Assembly: GCA_020137815.1 (NCBI GenBank)
Contig: CM035362.1
Location: 4,154,001 to 4,218,000 of the forward strand
From: Hormiphora californensis
Taxonomy: Eukaryota > Animalia > Ctenophora
Reading direction: 5' to 3'
DNA length: 64,000 nucleotides
Of the stretch, positions 1 to 23,500 are shown piece by piece. The notes beneath the pieces are model-generated. The model worked only from the letters and a program-made list of their open reading frames with translations, was not told where the DNA came from and did not search any database. Position numbers and translations under genes: made by a program. Positions within the stretch are counted from its first letter, which is position 1; every line of letters starts with the position of its first letter.

Positions 1-279
1 GAAGATGAGGATTGTCTGACTCATATGAAGAGGGAACCTTTGGTGAATCTGGTGGTGAAGAAGAAGATGCTCAGCCTTGTTCAACCCAAAATCTCACACC
101 TCCAAACCTCGGCCAGAATCAATACATTTTCCTAAACCATCCCTTCCAATCCAGCCGGTCTCTTCGAAAGCTAACAAGGTATCTGCACCTTCCAGTACCA
201 AACAAGATTAAAAATCATTAACATTAAGATAAAGAGAAAGTCTTTAAAAATTTATCGATGGGGAACTTAATCCAATAAA

Positions 280-836
280 CAAGAATTATTGCATTATGTA
301 TTCATAATGCTGTGTTTCCCTGCCCTACCGTTTCACATGTCAGTGACATTGTCACTGCCAACAGGATCAAGGCTTGGTCATAATGTAATGTGAGATGCAT
401 ACGATCTAGCTGTCAGTATACTTCTCACATAACTTAGAGTTAGCTAACTCCCAATCACATGACACTTGCTAACCAGCTTTTGACATTCCAACTTAACTAC
501 TTATTTAACATCTCACACTCGACTCGCAAGATGAAAATGTGTACGTAACACGCGAAACGCGTGGCAGAGCATTTCATGTTTTGTTGAGTGGCGCACGCAC
601 ACACGTCCATCAAACTGTGTCAATGAGGTGTTTGATGAAGGAGTAGCTCGTCACTGTGCGTGCGGCTCTAGTTGCTACACCGTTGCCCTCGCAACGAAAG
701 TGTGACCAAAAAATGTCCCTCTACCGATTAGTTAGTATACCAAAATGTCGTTTTCGAATTCTAACCCTGCTATGCCTTTTTACAAAGTAAAAAGGCATCC
801 GGGTGAATGCCTTCGGCATTCACCCGGGCAGGGAAA
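280..836 (-). mobile_element. Helentron/HINE-like non-autonomous rolling-circle element, copy 1
   Basis: Near-identical to 18239-18770. Subterminal inverted repeats TTTCCCTGCCC / GGGCAGGGAAA, a CCGGGTGAATGCC-TTC-GGCATTCACCCGG hairpin at one end and a GCATTATG..CATAATGC stem-loop at the other. A/T-run junctions, no TSD. Confidence 0.7.
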
Positions 837-859
837 AAATATCTCCCTCCAAAACTCAC

Positions 860-1248
860 CAAATAGTGATGAAACAGCTGATGTGGTAGGAACTGAGTCA
901 TAGTACAAAGGATCAGTAATTTCCATCTTTACAGGATCCATTGTAATTTCATCGCACCCAGTTTGAGTTCCAACTTCCACCAAAATGGCTGTTTTGACAA
1001 GTTTATACCCCGATTCCAGAAGGTAACTCCCTGGTTTTCCACAGCCATCACATTTGAATAAAATATTATTCTCCTCTACCCCTGGTATTGTTTGAATCTT
1101 GAATACTGGACAGGGAGTTTCCACGTATATTGGTTCAGTTTTCAGAAGGGGAGGAATTTCAAACTTTCTATCGACTGCAGCTGTCATGACGGGGCTTTTT
1201 GAACTAACAGTTCTAGGTCGGCCAGCTTTTCTTTTTGCCATTGTATCC
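860..1248 (-). CDS. Putative exon of an unidentified gene with AT-hook-like motif ([10 protein letters not shown]), CxxC and VGTQT motif
   Basis: Minus-strand acceptor tttcatacag|GATACAATG and donor TTTG|gtgag bound an open frame (part of ORF 780..1304). Downstream exons unresolved. Confidence 0.4.
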
Positions 1249-1269
1249 TGTATGAAATAGAGAAAGTTC

Positions 1270-1430
1270 ATAAACTGCTTGAGAAAACATTTTACCACAC
1301 ACATTACATTTGAATGGACGCTCTCCAGTATGTGAACTAATATGCCGTCTATACTCTATAATTATTTGATTGAGAAAACTTCTTCCCATATATGACATAC
1401 CTTACACTCGTATGGTTTATTTCCATGGAA
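1270..1430 (-). pseudogene. Degenerate C2H2 zinc-finger array fragment
   Basis: Translates as [11 protein letters not shown], then a frameshift, then [23 protein letters not shown] (TGERPF linker). Second finger incomplete. Confidence 0.55.
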
Positions 1431-1696
1431 ATAAACATAATGCACTATGTTTTCGCTCATGTTAACTTAAAGCTGGCCGATAGTAAAACGCTCCCCCAAA
1501 AATCTGGGTGTTTCGTGGCCTGTTTAATTTTTACGAAGGCCGGGCTACCGGTTCAAATAGAATATATGTCAGTACAATATTATTTACATGAATAGGTATA
1601 AAAATAAAATTTACTCTTACGGGTGTAATAAGTTAATTATAAATAAATCAGATAATAAGATGAAAATCGTTTGTTTTGCTACAAAAGTGTGTCCAT

Positions 1697-2916
1697 TTAT
1701 TGCCCCTGTAGTCTGTACCCCCTGATGGCGATGAGAATAGTCTTCAACAGCGAGAAAGACAGACGGAGACGAATGTACCGGATGGCATCGTTGTAAGTGT
1801 GTCCCGTCTTGTCTGATAGAAGTTTAGCAACCTTCTTGTAGAACACCTCCGCTTGGGGGCCCATAACCCCAGTTGTTGAGAAGACTAGAGGTGTGAAAGT
1901 TGCCTTCTCGATCTGAAAGACTCTGTCGTTGTAATTTAATACCTTTTCCCTCTCGTGTCTCCTCATAGTGTCCTGGAGGGACTTGCCGATGTTGGTTGGC
2001 GCAAGACTGTTGAATACACGGATGTCAGTGTAAACTTTGTCCAAGTCACTCCACACATTATGGGCAGAAACATCCAAACGGGCACTGTTAGCAGTGTTAG
2101 TATAACGGTATTGGAATGGGCAGGAGCTGCGGCTCAATGCGGACGTCTTTGCAGCCGGCTTTCACGAGGATGTTAGCTATGAGGTCTCGGATGTCATTGT
2201 GCCGTAAATTCACGTGACCTCCCAGGGCACACGAAAGACAGTGCTCCAAAGTGTTCGCCTTGCCACAAGCACATGCAGCGGGTACATCTTCAAAGGGAAG
2301 GTTGTATCGCAGCAGAATGGCGTCCCGGTATTGTTGTTTAATGGAACGAAACCGTGCTCCTTCAAAGGCAAAGCTGTTAACCAGCTTGAAGCTCCTCTCG
2401 ATGATATTTCATCGAATATACGCCTGTCAGTACCAGACAGAAGTGAACATGCCTGTTGTTTTTCGGCATTTTGAATAGTACGTTTAAGTTTTAATACATT
2501 GCCCTTCGCTCTTTTCGCTTCCCAAAGGCATGATTCAGCACGTTTTTCGCTGATAAGAAGAGATTGTTCAAGGATCAGCTGTTTCAGTGGTTCTGTAGCC
2601 TGTGTAGAGTTCGCAAATTCAGCACTAGCCTGTGTAGTTGGGATGGGGATAGCTAGCCCGCCGTCTCGAGCAGGTAGGGCAGCAATATACCTCAGATGGC
2701 TAGGGGTGTTGGAACCCATAAGAGCTGGAATGAAAGATGACTTGATGATGTTCTCAAGAGGCCGAGGTGCAAACTGTTCTTCAATCCCCTCTGTAGTCCG
2801 CATCAGAAAAAGCCATTTCTTGGACAGACCGAAGGTATACCCACTGTAAGCACACTGTGGTTCCGTAGCAGCGATCTGGGACAGTGTTCGTACTTGGTTC
2901 ACCCAATCCTCCACCT
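1697..2916 (-). mobile_element. 5'-truncated, frameshifted CRE-clade non-LTR retrotransposon (RT thumb, CCHC, RLE endonuclease)
   Basis: Motifs EPQCAYSGY, LPARDGGL, GASSWLTALPL, CACG..EHCLSC, RHNDIRD, ARLDV, DIRV, HEREK, FTPLVFSTTG, IRGYR spread over frameshifted ORFs 2210..2914 and 1697..2137. Confidence 0.85.
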
Positions 2917-2920
2917 TTTA

Positions 2921-3120
2921 CAGGTGCACGCTTCCAAAAAAATTTGATTGACTAAAATGGCTCTAACCGCCAAACCACTCAACCGTTTTGGCTAATTCAA
3001 AGTTTATCTGGTAGGAAATGTCAAGGCCTAACCCCAACCCAAACCCCGACCCTAACCCTAACCCTACTTTAGCCCTAATCCTAAAAAACTGTTTGTCAGC
3101 ACTCACGAAACACATTTAAG
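2921..3120. mobile_element. DNA-transposon remnant with TA|CAGGTGC terminus and degenerate CCCTAA-like repeats
   Basis: Terminus matches the GCGCGCACCTG|TA end at ~4741. Internal cctaacc/cccaacc run at 3027-3082 resembles 4561-4617. Confidence 0.4.
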
Positions 3121-3326
3121 GGTGGCCCTAAAGTATGATTTTAAAAAATGGAACACGACTGTGCGGGTGTACCAGTATAGTGTTGTGTTGGCACACGGAG
3201 AAGGTGGGAGAGGGACACAACAAGAGTGGCTTCACAATCCACCACTCCTGGTACACCACGCACGTCCCATGCGACTTATAAACATAAATAAATAAATAAA
3301 TAAATAGTAACTAAAATCTTATCATT

Positions 3327-4133
3327 TTACGTTAAAAGTTCAACTTCGTGCATATTGATGGGCACGATCTTCCTCCTGTTCCCTCTGAGGGCGATCAGAC
3401 AGGCCCTCAAAAGTCCGAATCTCAGCCTTGTTCTGAAGTGGCTGATAACTTCAGCATAGGGTTCCTTGGTCTTGTCTGAAACCCTCTTCGATAACTTCTT
3501 GAGGAATTTCTCAAACTCATCTCCCATGCCGCCAAAGGTGCTCATGACGAGAGGGGTGAATGTTCCTCCCTCTACCTCTCTGACCCTTTGCCCGTACGCT
3601 TGCTTCTTCCCTGCTTCTTTCGATCTGTAGAGGCTGCCCATCGACTGAGTTACGTAAGATGGGGCGTTTGGATGGAAGACCCTTACATCAAGATAACTCA
3701 ACTGCATATCCCTCCAGAGTCCAGTACATACCACGTCCATTCTGGCATCCGGTTGTGTGTTGGCAGCAAAATGGAGTTGATGGTTGTTACATGGTTGTAG
3801 TAGTTTCTCTTTCTCCACTGCTTTCAATCCACCATAGACACACATTTCCGCAACCAGATCTCGTATTCCATCATGGCGGAGGATTGAGTATCCTCCTGTA
3901 CAGCACGTCAGAGTGTGATCTCCACTGTTCTGTTTGCCACAGACACATGTAAAGTCCATTTTTATTCAACTGTTCACCCCTCAACTCGTGCGCGTGCGAT
4001 ATTTTAATTTACGCTGCGCGTGCTACATGTTAACATGTGATAAACGCGCAAAAAAATTCCGCGCACGACTTTGGGGGGTGAACAGTTGAAAAAAAATGGA
4101 CTTTAGATTTCAGGTCCTTGAAAACCGGGCAGT
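3327..4133 (-). mobile_element. 5'-truncated CRE-clade retrotransposon (CCHC + RLE), interrupted by a MITE
   Basis: ORF 3327..3959: CVCG..DHTLTC, RHDGIRD, ARMDV, DVRV, FTPLVMSTFGGMG. Removing the MITE at 3952-4103 restores the frame upstream (YCPVFKDLKSTCVCG). Confidence 0.85.
3952..4103. mobile_element. MITE, AAGTC...GACTT termini, TA TSD
   Basis: TIRs AAGTCCATTTTT..TCAACTGTTCACCCC / GGGGTGAACAGTTGA..AAAAATGGACTT flanked by TA. The interrupted CRE frame supports the TA TSD. Confidence 0.8.
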
Positions 4134-4134
4134 A

Positions 4135-4358
4135 AAGTCGGATTTTTTGAAACTGTCACCCCCCCCTGAAATAACAAAATTTGCCATATCTCCGGTTCCT
4201 GATAAGATAGAGACTTGAAATTTGGAGGTTCGGAAGAACTTAGCAAGATCTTCGTAACCTCCAAATTTCAAGTCTCTATCTCGTCAGGAACCGGATTTAT
4301 GGTCATTTACGAAATTTGAAAATACCCAGGGGGGTGACAGTTTCAAAAAATCCGACTT
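4135..4358. mobile_element. MITE, AAGTC...GACTT family, TA TSD
   Basis: TIRs AAGTCGGATTTTTTGAAACTGTCACCCCC and its reverse complement. Near-identical to 20285-20504. Confidence 0.85.
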
Positions 4359-4498
4359 TATTTTTCAAGCGCGAGCGAAAAAAATGGCGCGCGCGCCTGC
4401 GCGGCGTTCATAATGGTTTTGCGCGTCCCCGATTTCATCGCGCGCGCCCCTCTTGCGATTTAAAGTTTAAAAAAGAAATAAAATTGCACATCGACGAG

Positions 4499-4697
4499 GA
4501 AAACGTTAAAATCTGGGTGCCTTCCATTACTAACAATTCATCGATTTTGGCGGTCTAGACGGGTTAGGGCTGTTGTTAGGGTCGGGTTAGGGTTGGGGTT
4601 TGGGTTGGGGTTAGGGCTATCGATTCTCTATCAGATACCGTTTAGTTTACTCAAATCGGCCATGTGGTTGCGCGGCTATAGCCGTTTGAAAAAAGTC
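4499..4697 (+). repeat. ~200-bp direct repeat with TTAGGG-like core (second copy 6197-6403)
   Basis: Both copies run GAAAACGTTAAAATCTGGGTGCCTTCC ... GGCTATAGCCGTTTGAAAAAAG and flank the CRE ORF 4805-5833. Confidence 0.85.
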
Positions 4698-4804
4698 GGT
4701 CTAAGTGGTTTTAGGTGTACTTTTTTGGCAGCGCGCACCTGTAAACACGCTGCAAGGCACCCAGATTATAATCGCGCCCCATCGACGACATCACCCGTAA
4801 AACC

Positions 4805-5833
4805 ATGGCGCTACCAGCACGGTACGGAGGCCTTGGGATAGAGAACCCCGTCACAATGGCTGACCTGGAAAATGCGAACTCAGTAGCTGCTACAGCGGAA
4901 CTAGTAAAAGCTATTACAGAGAAGAAAACGGAGTTTGTTCCGGACCAGGAAATGGACAAAGTCACGAAAGCTGCGATTCGTAAACTCAAACAGGATCTTT
5001 ACAAAAGTTTACACGAGACCATCAGAGGACAGCTAAGTGAGAGTGCACGTAGAAACTTTGACCTGATAAGTGAGAAAAATTCTTCTGCGTACCTAACATG
5101 TCTACCCATCCAACAACTAAACTTCAACCTGAATAGACAGGAATTTCAAGATGCACTGTCAATCCGGTACAATTTACCCATCGTGGGAGAGGCTAGGCAC
5201 ACGAACTGTGCATGCGATGAACTGAACACCGTTGAACATGCACTTTCATGCAAAAAGGGTGGATATGTAGCTCTGAGACACAACCGTGTTCGGGACTATA
5301 TAGCAGCGGAGCTTACCCGGGTATGCGACGGTACTGAAATTGAGCCCTCTCTCCTCCCCACCAACGGAAGAGACCTCCCCGAAGGAACGATCACTGAGGA
5401 TAACGCCAGATTGGATATCTCAGCGAGAGGATTCTGGAATACAATGGACAAGGCAATGTTCGATGTAAGAGCCTTTAATGCTCAGGCCCCATCCAATTGT
5501 AACCAGACTATCCCGCTTACATATACAAAGCATGAGACACAGAAGAAAATAGCCTATCTTCACCGAGTCCGGGAAATAGAAGGAGGATTCTTCAGTCCAC
5601 TTGTGATCAGCACAACCGGGGGACTTGCCAAGGAGTTTACCAAAGTGATCAAACACATTGCTGAACTAAAGGCAAAAAAATCAGGAAACAGTCATGGTGA
5701 CTGCATCAGATACATCAGGCTTCGCCTAAGCTTCTCAATGGTCAGAAGCGTCACCCTTTCGATCCGTGGATTCCGTGGGAAGAAGACCGAAACTACATCT
5801 GATGATCTATGGAACATGAGAGTGCGTCAATGA
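4805..5833 (+). mobile_element. 5'-truncated CRE-clade retrotransposon with intact 342-aa thumb-CCHC-RLE ORF
   Basis: LPARYGGLGI, CAC..EHALSC, RHNRVRD, EIEP, ARLDI, FDVR, FSPLVISTTGG, IRGFR. No RT catalytic core present. Confidence 0.85.
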
Positions 5834-6677
5834 ACAATTGTTTTTTTTTTTTTAATTTATTATTTTAGTCCGTGATAGCGCAAGAGCGCATGTATTTTAA
5901 TAACAACTGAGAACTCTCAGCATCAAAGATTGTTTACGGGAGTGCTCTCCCCCCAAAAAAAAGCGAAAGTGAAAAAAAAATTTGGAAAACGTTAAAACTT
6001 GAAAAGTGCTGCCTTATCCCGCGCTGCCAGCAACGTTTGCCAACGTTAAAACAGCAATTCGACAATACCGGGTTCCATGATGGATACGAGGGTACTCTTG
6101 ACACTTCGGTGTTGTACCACTTTGTAGGTTCACTCTGTGACCGATCGTGGTGTGCGTTTATTATCTGAGACCCCGGTGTCGGATTTCTGTTTCTTCGAAA
6201 ACGTTAAAATCTGGGTGCCTTCCATTGCTAACAATTCATCGATTTTGGCGGTCGAGACGGATTAGGGCTGTTGTTAGAGTCGGGTTAGGGTTTTGTTTGG
6301 GGTTATCGGTTAGGGCTATCGATTCTCTATCAGATACCGTTTAGTTTACTCAAATCGGCCATGTGGTTGGGTGACTACTGGCTATAGCCGTTTGAAAAAA
6401 GCCTTTTTTGCGCAAATAAAAACTTAGGCGCCACCCAGGGGGGTGACAACTTTAAATTTTGAAGTAAAAAATCCGTCTTTTGAGAGTAGGAACGCGTCTC
6501 AGTGAGCTATGCTGCTTTGATAGCCTCAACAACCCTGTCCAATTTTATTTCTTTCCACTGCTTGGATTCAATGCATTTTCTGGTCAATTTGCTTTCTGTT
6601 AAATGATAAAATTGCTAATTGGAATTATTAAGTCCCCATGATTTGTTACAGATTTTATTATACTATGACTAACTGAT

Positions 6678-17305
<10,628 letters not shown>

Positions 17306-17427
17306 AATCATACTGGGGCCATAATGGGGCCAACTGTCCATGGCGTCGTCCCGATTTGACACTGACATGCCATCAGCGAAGAAAGAGTGGTGTGTTCCAG
17401 AGTTGGTCAAGTGATTTTATTTAGGTA

Positions 17428-17699
17428 TAGTCGAATTTTTTAATCAAGGGACAGGGGCCGCGCATTTACTAAAGTCTTTTTGCGTGTGCTAAACATCTTC
17501 GCTCATATCTCCTGTTCCTGATAAGATAAAGACTTGGTCTTGGTTGCGTTGAAAAGGTCTTAAAATTATCTTTCCAACGCTTCCGGGTTCAAGTCTTAAG
17601 ATTGCCAGGAACTTGATCTCGATTATCACGCGCAAATACAAAGCCGCGCGACCCCTCTGAATGCGCGGCCCCCTGTCCCTTGATTAAAAAATTCGACTT
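17428..17699. mobile_element. MITE, AAGTC...GACTT family
   Basis: TIRs AGTCGAATTTTTTAATCAAGGGACAGGGG / CCCCTGTCCCTTGATTAAAAAATTCGACTT, TA flanks. Confidence 0.8.
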
Positions 17700-17978
17700 T
17701 AGTCTGTTGCACTTATTTAGGTAGCCTGTTAGGAAGTTAACTAATATGATATTTGGGCTTGAGGTGTTTCCCAACTGACACTTTCAACAACTAGAACACT
17801 TGCTTTAGCAATTATTGTCCAAATTTCCAAAGTTATACTAGCCGTTTAGACTATCACTACAGTCAGATACCGTTCAGAAGCGAACATGTACAGAAATATA
17901 TGACATTGTAAATATTATCAGTAATTTTAGTTTTACCACGCTGAGACAAACTATTTGGTTTTATTTAGTCGCCTGGTA

Positions 17979-18782
17979 AAGTCCGATTTTTAATAATGTG
18001 AACGGGGGGCGCGCACTTAATTCCACTTAATTCTATTTGCACGTGCTAAATTCTGTTCTTGACAATCTTAAGACTTGATCCCGGAAGTATCGGAAAGATA
18101 ATTTTAAGACCTTTTCAATGCAACCAAGATCAAGTCTTTATCTTATCAGGAGCCAGAGAAATGATCGAAACAAAACGAAAAAAACTTTCCCACGGTGCGT
18201 GGGAAAGTTTTTTGCGCGCCCCCCGTTCAAATTATTAACAAGAATTATTGCATTATGTGTTCATAATGCTGAGTTTCCCTGCCCTACCGTTTCACGTGTT
18301 ACTGTCAACCGGATCAAGGCTTGGTCATAATGTAATGTGAGATGCATACGATCTAGCTGTCAGTATACTTCTCACATAGCTTAGTTTACTCACATGACAC
18401 TTGCTAACCAGCTTTTGACATTCCAACTTAACTACTTATCTAACATCTCACACTCGACTCGCAAGATGAAAATGTGTATGTAACACGCGAAACACGCGGC
18501 AGAGCATTTCATGTTTTGTTGAGTGGCGCGCGCACACACGTCCATCACACTGTGCCAATGAGGTGTTTGATGAAGGAGTAGCTCGTCACTGTGCGCGCGG
18601 CTCTTGTTGCTACACCGTTGCCCCTCGCAACGAAAGTGTGACCAAAATGGTCCCTCTACCGATTAGTTAGTATACCAAAATGTCGTTTTCGAATTCTAAC
18701 CCTGCTATGCCTTTTTACAAAGTAAAAAGGCATCCGGGCGAATGCCTTCGGCATTCACCCGGGCAGGGAAAAAATCGGACTT
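17979..18782. mobile_element. MITE, AAGTC...GACTT family, right TIR split by a Helentron-like insertion
   Basis: Left TIR AAGTCCGATTTTTAATAATGTGAACGGGGGGCGCGC. Right TIR GCGCGCCCCCCGTTCAAATTATTAA[insert]AAATCGGACTT. Confidence 0.8.
18239..18770 (-). mobile_element. Helentron/HINE-like element, copy 2
   Basis: Homologous to 280-836 along its length. Inserted in an A-run (TT on minus strand) of a MITE TIR with no TSD. Confidence 0.75.
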
Positions 18783-18848
18783 TAGTGCAATTCAAAATGA
18801 TTGTTTCATCAGAATCCAGCATCCGGCATTAAACTGTACGCGCGATTA

Positions 18849-18967
18849 AAGTCCGTTTCAAGCGACTTGACCCGTAATTCTTGGAATTTGGCGCATTGCG
18901 CGTGTATTTACAAAGGGGAAATCCTGAATTTCCAGGAATCTCAGGTCAAGTCGTTTGAAACGCACTT
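18849..18967. mobile_element. Small TA-flanked MITE (AAGTC-type)
   Basis: AAGTCCGTTTCAAGCGACTTGACC / GGTCAAGTCGTTTGAAACGCACTT. Confidence 0.65.
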
Positions 18968-19861
18968 TAATTTATTTTTTGACTGCATATAAAAGCCGCG
19001 CGCAAGAATTTTATCGCGCGCGAAGTTTAATAATAATATAATTTTGAGTTTATAATTTATTATAATTTTGAGTTTAATTTTATTTTCCGAGAAAAAGTTT
19101 TTGTTTGTGGTGTGTGGGTAATCCATATAATAATTTCCAAAATGTTAGTCCGATAATTGTTTTCTCCCTACTCCTCCTACAGTTTTTGAGCTAGACCCCT
19201 GAAAATTTGTACACTGGTACTTTGGACCAAGGCGGGTGTAAGTACGGGCTCAGATTTTTGATCCGATCTTTACAACAGTGACGTCACGGGGTGACGTCAT
19301 TGCGACAAAAAGACTTTTTTCAAACGCTTTTTTCAAACGCTTCTAAGACCCTGAAAACGGCTCTAAATCAAAAAACTAACGCAATAGTGGGGAAAGAGAA
19401 TCGTTTGAACTTCATTTTACATGATAGCGATTTCCCGTAACTCAATGTTTAAGGGTCGTAAATCGCGTCGGGAAAGTTAAAAATGCCAAAAATACGATAT
19501 TTTTCACCGTAGCCACCCAAAATCTTATCCAATCGATACGAAACTTGGTCGTTATGTGAACTTTAATGTCCTTTGGCCAGGGGTTCCCGGAAAACGGATT
19601 GGCAAGATGAGAACTGACCGGAGTTCTTATAATTCTAAATTCACGAATTTGGAATTTTTCGTCGACTTTTTTTGGCGACATAAAACGCTAGGAAATTTTC
19701 AATGAATTTTAAAATTTTACACTGCGCGCGTAATTCTAGGTTCCGCGCGCGGCGTAAAAAAGCAGCGCTTTTTTGGGAAAATTCGCGCGTTACAGTAAAT
19801 GATTTACCCGCCTCGCTAAAATTGTAATGGCCGTTTTTTCAAAAACCCAAGGTGTATGATA

Positions 19862-20110
19862 TAGTAGCAGCGGTTAGATCACCACGTGGTTAAAGTCGCA
19901 TGCCACCCCTTTTTGCGCATTGTCATAGCTCCTCGAGGTCGCATCCAATCATTATCAAGAAATGTCCCTCAAGTTTTCGCTTCTCCTTGAGGAGATCTAC
20001 AGGTTTGATGAAGGTCACTTTTGGATTGGATGCAAAATGAAGCCGTGAGAGTAACCTGAGATTAGGGTGGCGCGCGACTTTCTGCACGTGCTGATCTAAC
20101 CGCTCCTACT
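19862..20110. mobile_element. MITE-like inverted-repeat element
   Basis: TAGTAGCAGCGGTTAGATCA..AAAGTCGC..GCCACCCT and an imperfect reverse complement ending ACCGCTCCTACTA. Confidence 0.55.
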
Positions 20111-20284
20111 ATGAGACTCATTGCTCTAAGGAACAAACAAATTATCTTTTAAAAATCAAACACAAATGTCACCGGTTATATGAGGATAAATTACCATTTA
20201 CCAGGTCACGGGTTCCCAGCAAACGGGTACTCTAGTTTATTATAATTTATTTGAGTTTCAAAACAAAAAAAAAAGCTTCTTTTA

Positions 20285-20504
20285 AAGTCGGATTTTTTGA
20301 AACTGTCACCCCCCTGAAATAACAAATTTGTCATATCTCCGGTTCCTGATAAGATAGAGACTTGAAATTTGGAGGTTCGGAAGAACTTAGCAAGATCTTT
20401 ATAACCTCCAAATTTCAAGTCTCTATCTCATCAGGAACCGGACTTATGGTCATTTAAAGAAATTTGAAAACTCAGGGGGGTGACAGTTTCAAAAAATCCG
20501 ACTT
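20285..20504. mobile_element. MITE, AAGTC...GACTT family, TA TSD
   Basis: Near-identical to 4135-4358. Confidence 0.85.
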
Positions 20505-20546
20505 TACTCCCCTCTTTTACTCCCCTTCTTTTACTCCCCTCGTTAT

Positions 20547-23500
20547 CAGGGGCTGTCTCTGAGACCGCAAAATTCATTGTTTGGTCCGCACAAAAGACTA
20601 GCAAATTTGGGTGGGTTGTACAAATAAGCACACTGAGCGTGCAAATGATGGAGTTTCGCCAATTTTTTTGTACTGTGGGATTCACAAGGCTTTCACCTAC
20701 TGCTTAGTGAAAACCCGGTGGAAAACGGTTGATCACAAGCTTTGCAGTGATCTAAACCGCTGGGAACTTCATTTCATAGTGTATTTCATATTTGGTGGGG
20801 TACGGCTCTTTATCCGCCTATCACTAAAAATTGAGATAGAAACTCGAAAAAAATCGTCTCATGAGTCATCCAAAATCGTCCATTCTACCGATTCCCGGGT
20901 CGTTTGGGGTTCCAGGCCCAACCGTCTGGGAGCCTATTGCCACATAAGTAAAAAAAGCCGGTTGATTTTTCGACCGGGTCATTTTGCGGTCTCACCAAGT
21001 ATCACGTGATCTGATCACATGATCTGAGGTGTTGAAAATTGGATTTTATGTGATTATTTGAGACTGCAAAACGACTTTTACAAGTAAACATATGAATCTC
21101 TCTCCCTCCCACTATTTTACATTACAATCTCACTTGTGTGTGCACAGTTACACATAAAAGGGGGGGGGACCTTCCACCCTTCTGCTTCACAGGACTGTGG
21201 ACCAAGGGCAGTGCTGATCAAACTGTAAACATTTGCAACTAATTGATATCAAAGCAAAAATCACTCTATCCGACAAATTTGAATAGGCTGAATCATATGA
21301 GCAACTTTTTAAAGATCTCAGAGGTCGATAAAGTGATCTAATTGGTTATAATAGGGTCTAATTGATCGAAATTACAACGTCTCCCCTGAAAACGCTATGA
21401 AGTCGTATGAGGGCACTATACCCACTGACTTGGATACCCTGATTCACATGAGCATCTTTTCTAAGCTCTCAGAGATCGAGAAAGTGCTCTAATTGGGTCC
21501 AATTGACCAAAATAACTACCACTTTTCCCTGTAATCTCTAAAGTTCATTTGGAGACACTTACCCACTGATTTTGATACCCTGATTCACATGAACAGGGCA
21601 TGTGTATCTTTTATAAGCTCTTATTTGTCATGTGGAAAGAGTGCTCTAATTGAGCACAATTGGATCTAATTGATCGAAATTACGATTCCTCTCAAGAAAC
21701 GCTATAAATAGGTGTGAGGGTACTTTACCCACTATTTTGCATACCCTGATTCGAATGAACAACTATTCCAAGTTCTCAATGGTGGATAAAGTGCTCTAAT
21801 TGAGCGTAATTGGGTCCAATTGACCAAAATAATTACCACTTTTCATAAGTTCATAAGTTCATTTTAGTCAGGGCATATGATGCCAAAAAATGCTGAAAAA
21901 GGACATAATTGTTATCAAGCTAATTCCACTTCTAATAGGTCCCTGGAAACACCAAAAAAATTGGCCGCGGTTTTATCAATGAAGAAGTTGGGTTTTTCGG
22001 CCACGCCCTTTTACCCATGTTTTTAGCCTTCTGGCGAAAACCAAAACAGGGCTTAGGAAAGGAGTAGAGGCAAATCTAAGGACACTAAAATGTGTAGCGT
22101 CCTCGCATTAGTGGGGGTAGGTGCGGAAATTAAGTCTCTATCTCATCTGGTTAATTAGATAATTGGATAATTAGATGAGCAGGAGATAAGCATAACCGTT
22201 TTTTTGGCTATACGGCTATAGCCACTCTGGAGTGGTTTAGAGACTTTTCACTGGTGCCATTTTGTTCAGAAGAAAAAGTTAATCTAAGAGTTGTGAAGAC
22301 ATTTATGGTCTATCTCTAACCGTTCTGTGGATATTTGCGGTCAAAGTATGCCAACTTACTCATTTTTTGGCATTTTAGGCTAATTTTCGAGTACATACTT
22401 TGACCGCAAATATCCACAGTGGCTATAGCCGTATAGCCAAAAAACGGTTATGCGCATATCCTGCTCATCTAATTATCCAATCATAGCACTGGCAAGTGCC
22501 CCGGGCCCAAAAGGGGGGTGTGGGGGCACAGCCCCCACCATAAACGGGGGTGTGGGGGCAGAGCCCCCACCTTAGAAATACCCTCTAACTCAAAAAATAA
22601 AAGAGAGAGCACACGTAACACTTCTACACACAAGCGCGTGAAACTGCCAGTGCTACTATATACCATTGCAGATTTCGAGGTTTTTGATGCTTTAAAAATG
22701 CATGTTCCAGATGAAGTAGAGAGCTGAAATTTTGTACTCTGAGTGCCCTCATATAGGAGAAGAGGCATGCAAATTTTCAGAACGATCGGATGTAAGGTTA
22801 AAATTTGCCAGAGGGGTCCCAAAATGCAAAAATGTAAAGGAGGGGAGGGGGAGGGGGAGGGGGAGGGGGGGAGGACGCTTTTTTATCTTTGAGTGTTCTC
22901 CTAAACCACAAATAGTAGAGACTTGCCGTTTGGAACAGTGGTTCCTTACATCATTGCGCTCGGTAATAGCTGTGTGAGAACTTCGAAATCGCCATAGTTC
23001 ATTAATTATTCATTAATTAGTCATTAAATATTCATTTTAACCATGGTTGCGATATGACACGACTCGAAGGTCATAAAGACTTGAAACCGGTCTTAGTCGA
23101 CGCGGAATGGTCGATTTATGGGGGGTCTTACTCGGGACAAAAATCTCTATCTCGCACCGTTAAGCCGTTATTTGCATATTTATGCACCTATTCACGATTT
23201 TATGCATATTTTCAATATTTTCACTTCAGCTGGTCCTAGAACGTTTTCATGGACATATTTCGACGTAAAATAGTCGATTTATGGGGGGTCGTCCCCCGGA
23301 CAAAAAGTCGTATCTCGCACCGTTTAGCCGTTATTTGCATATTTATGCACCGGTTCATGATTTAATGCATATTCTAAATATTTCCACTTCGGCTGGTCCT
23401 AGAACGTTTTCATGGACATATTCCGGCGCAAAATAATCGATTTATGGGGGGTCGTCGCCCGGACAAAAAGTCGTATCTCTCACCGTTTAGTCGTTATTCG

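Noticed and set aside
3027-6320. TTAGGG-like runs as telomere or telomere-fusion relics
   Set aside because: Short, degenerate and internal to dispersed repeats (compare the MITE at 16469-16683).
17775-17820. ACTTTCAACA resembling my recollection of a ctenophore spliced-leader start
   Set aside because: Match is too short, with no following donor or Sm site, and the recollection is unverified.
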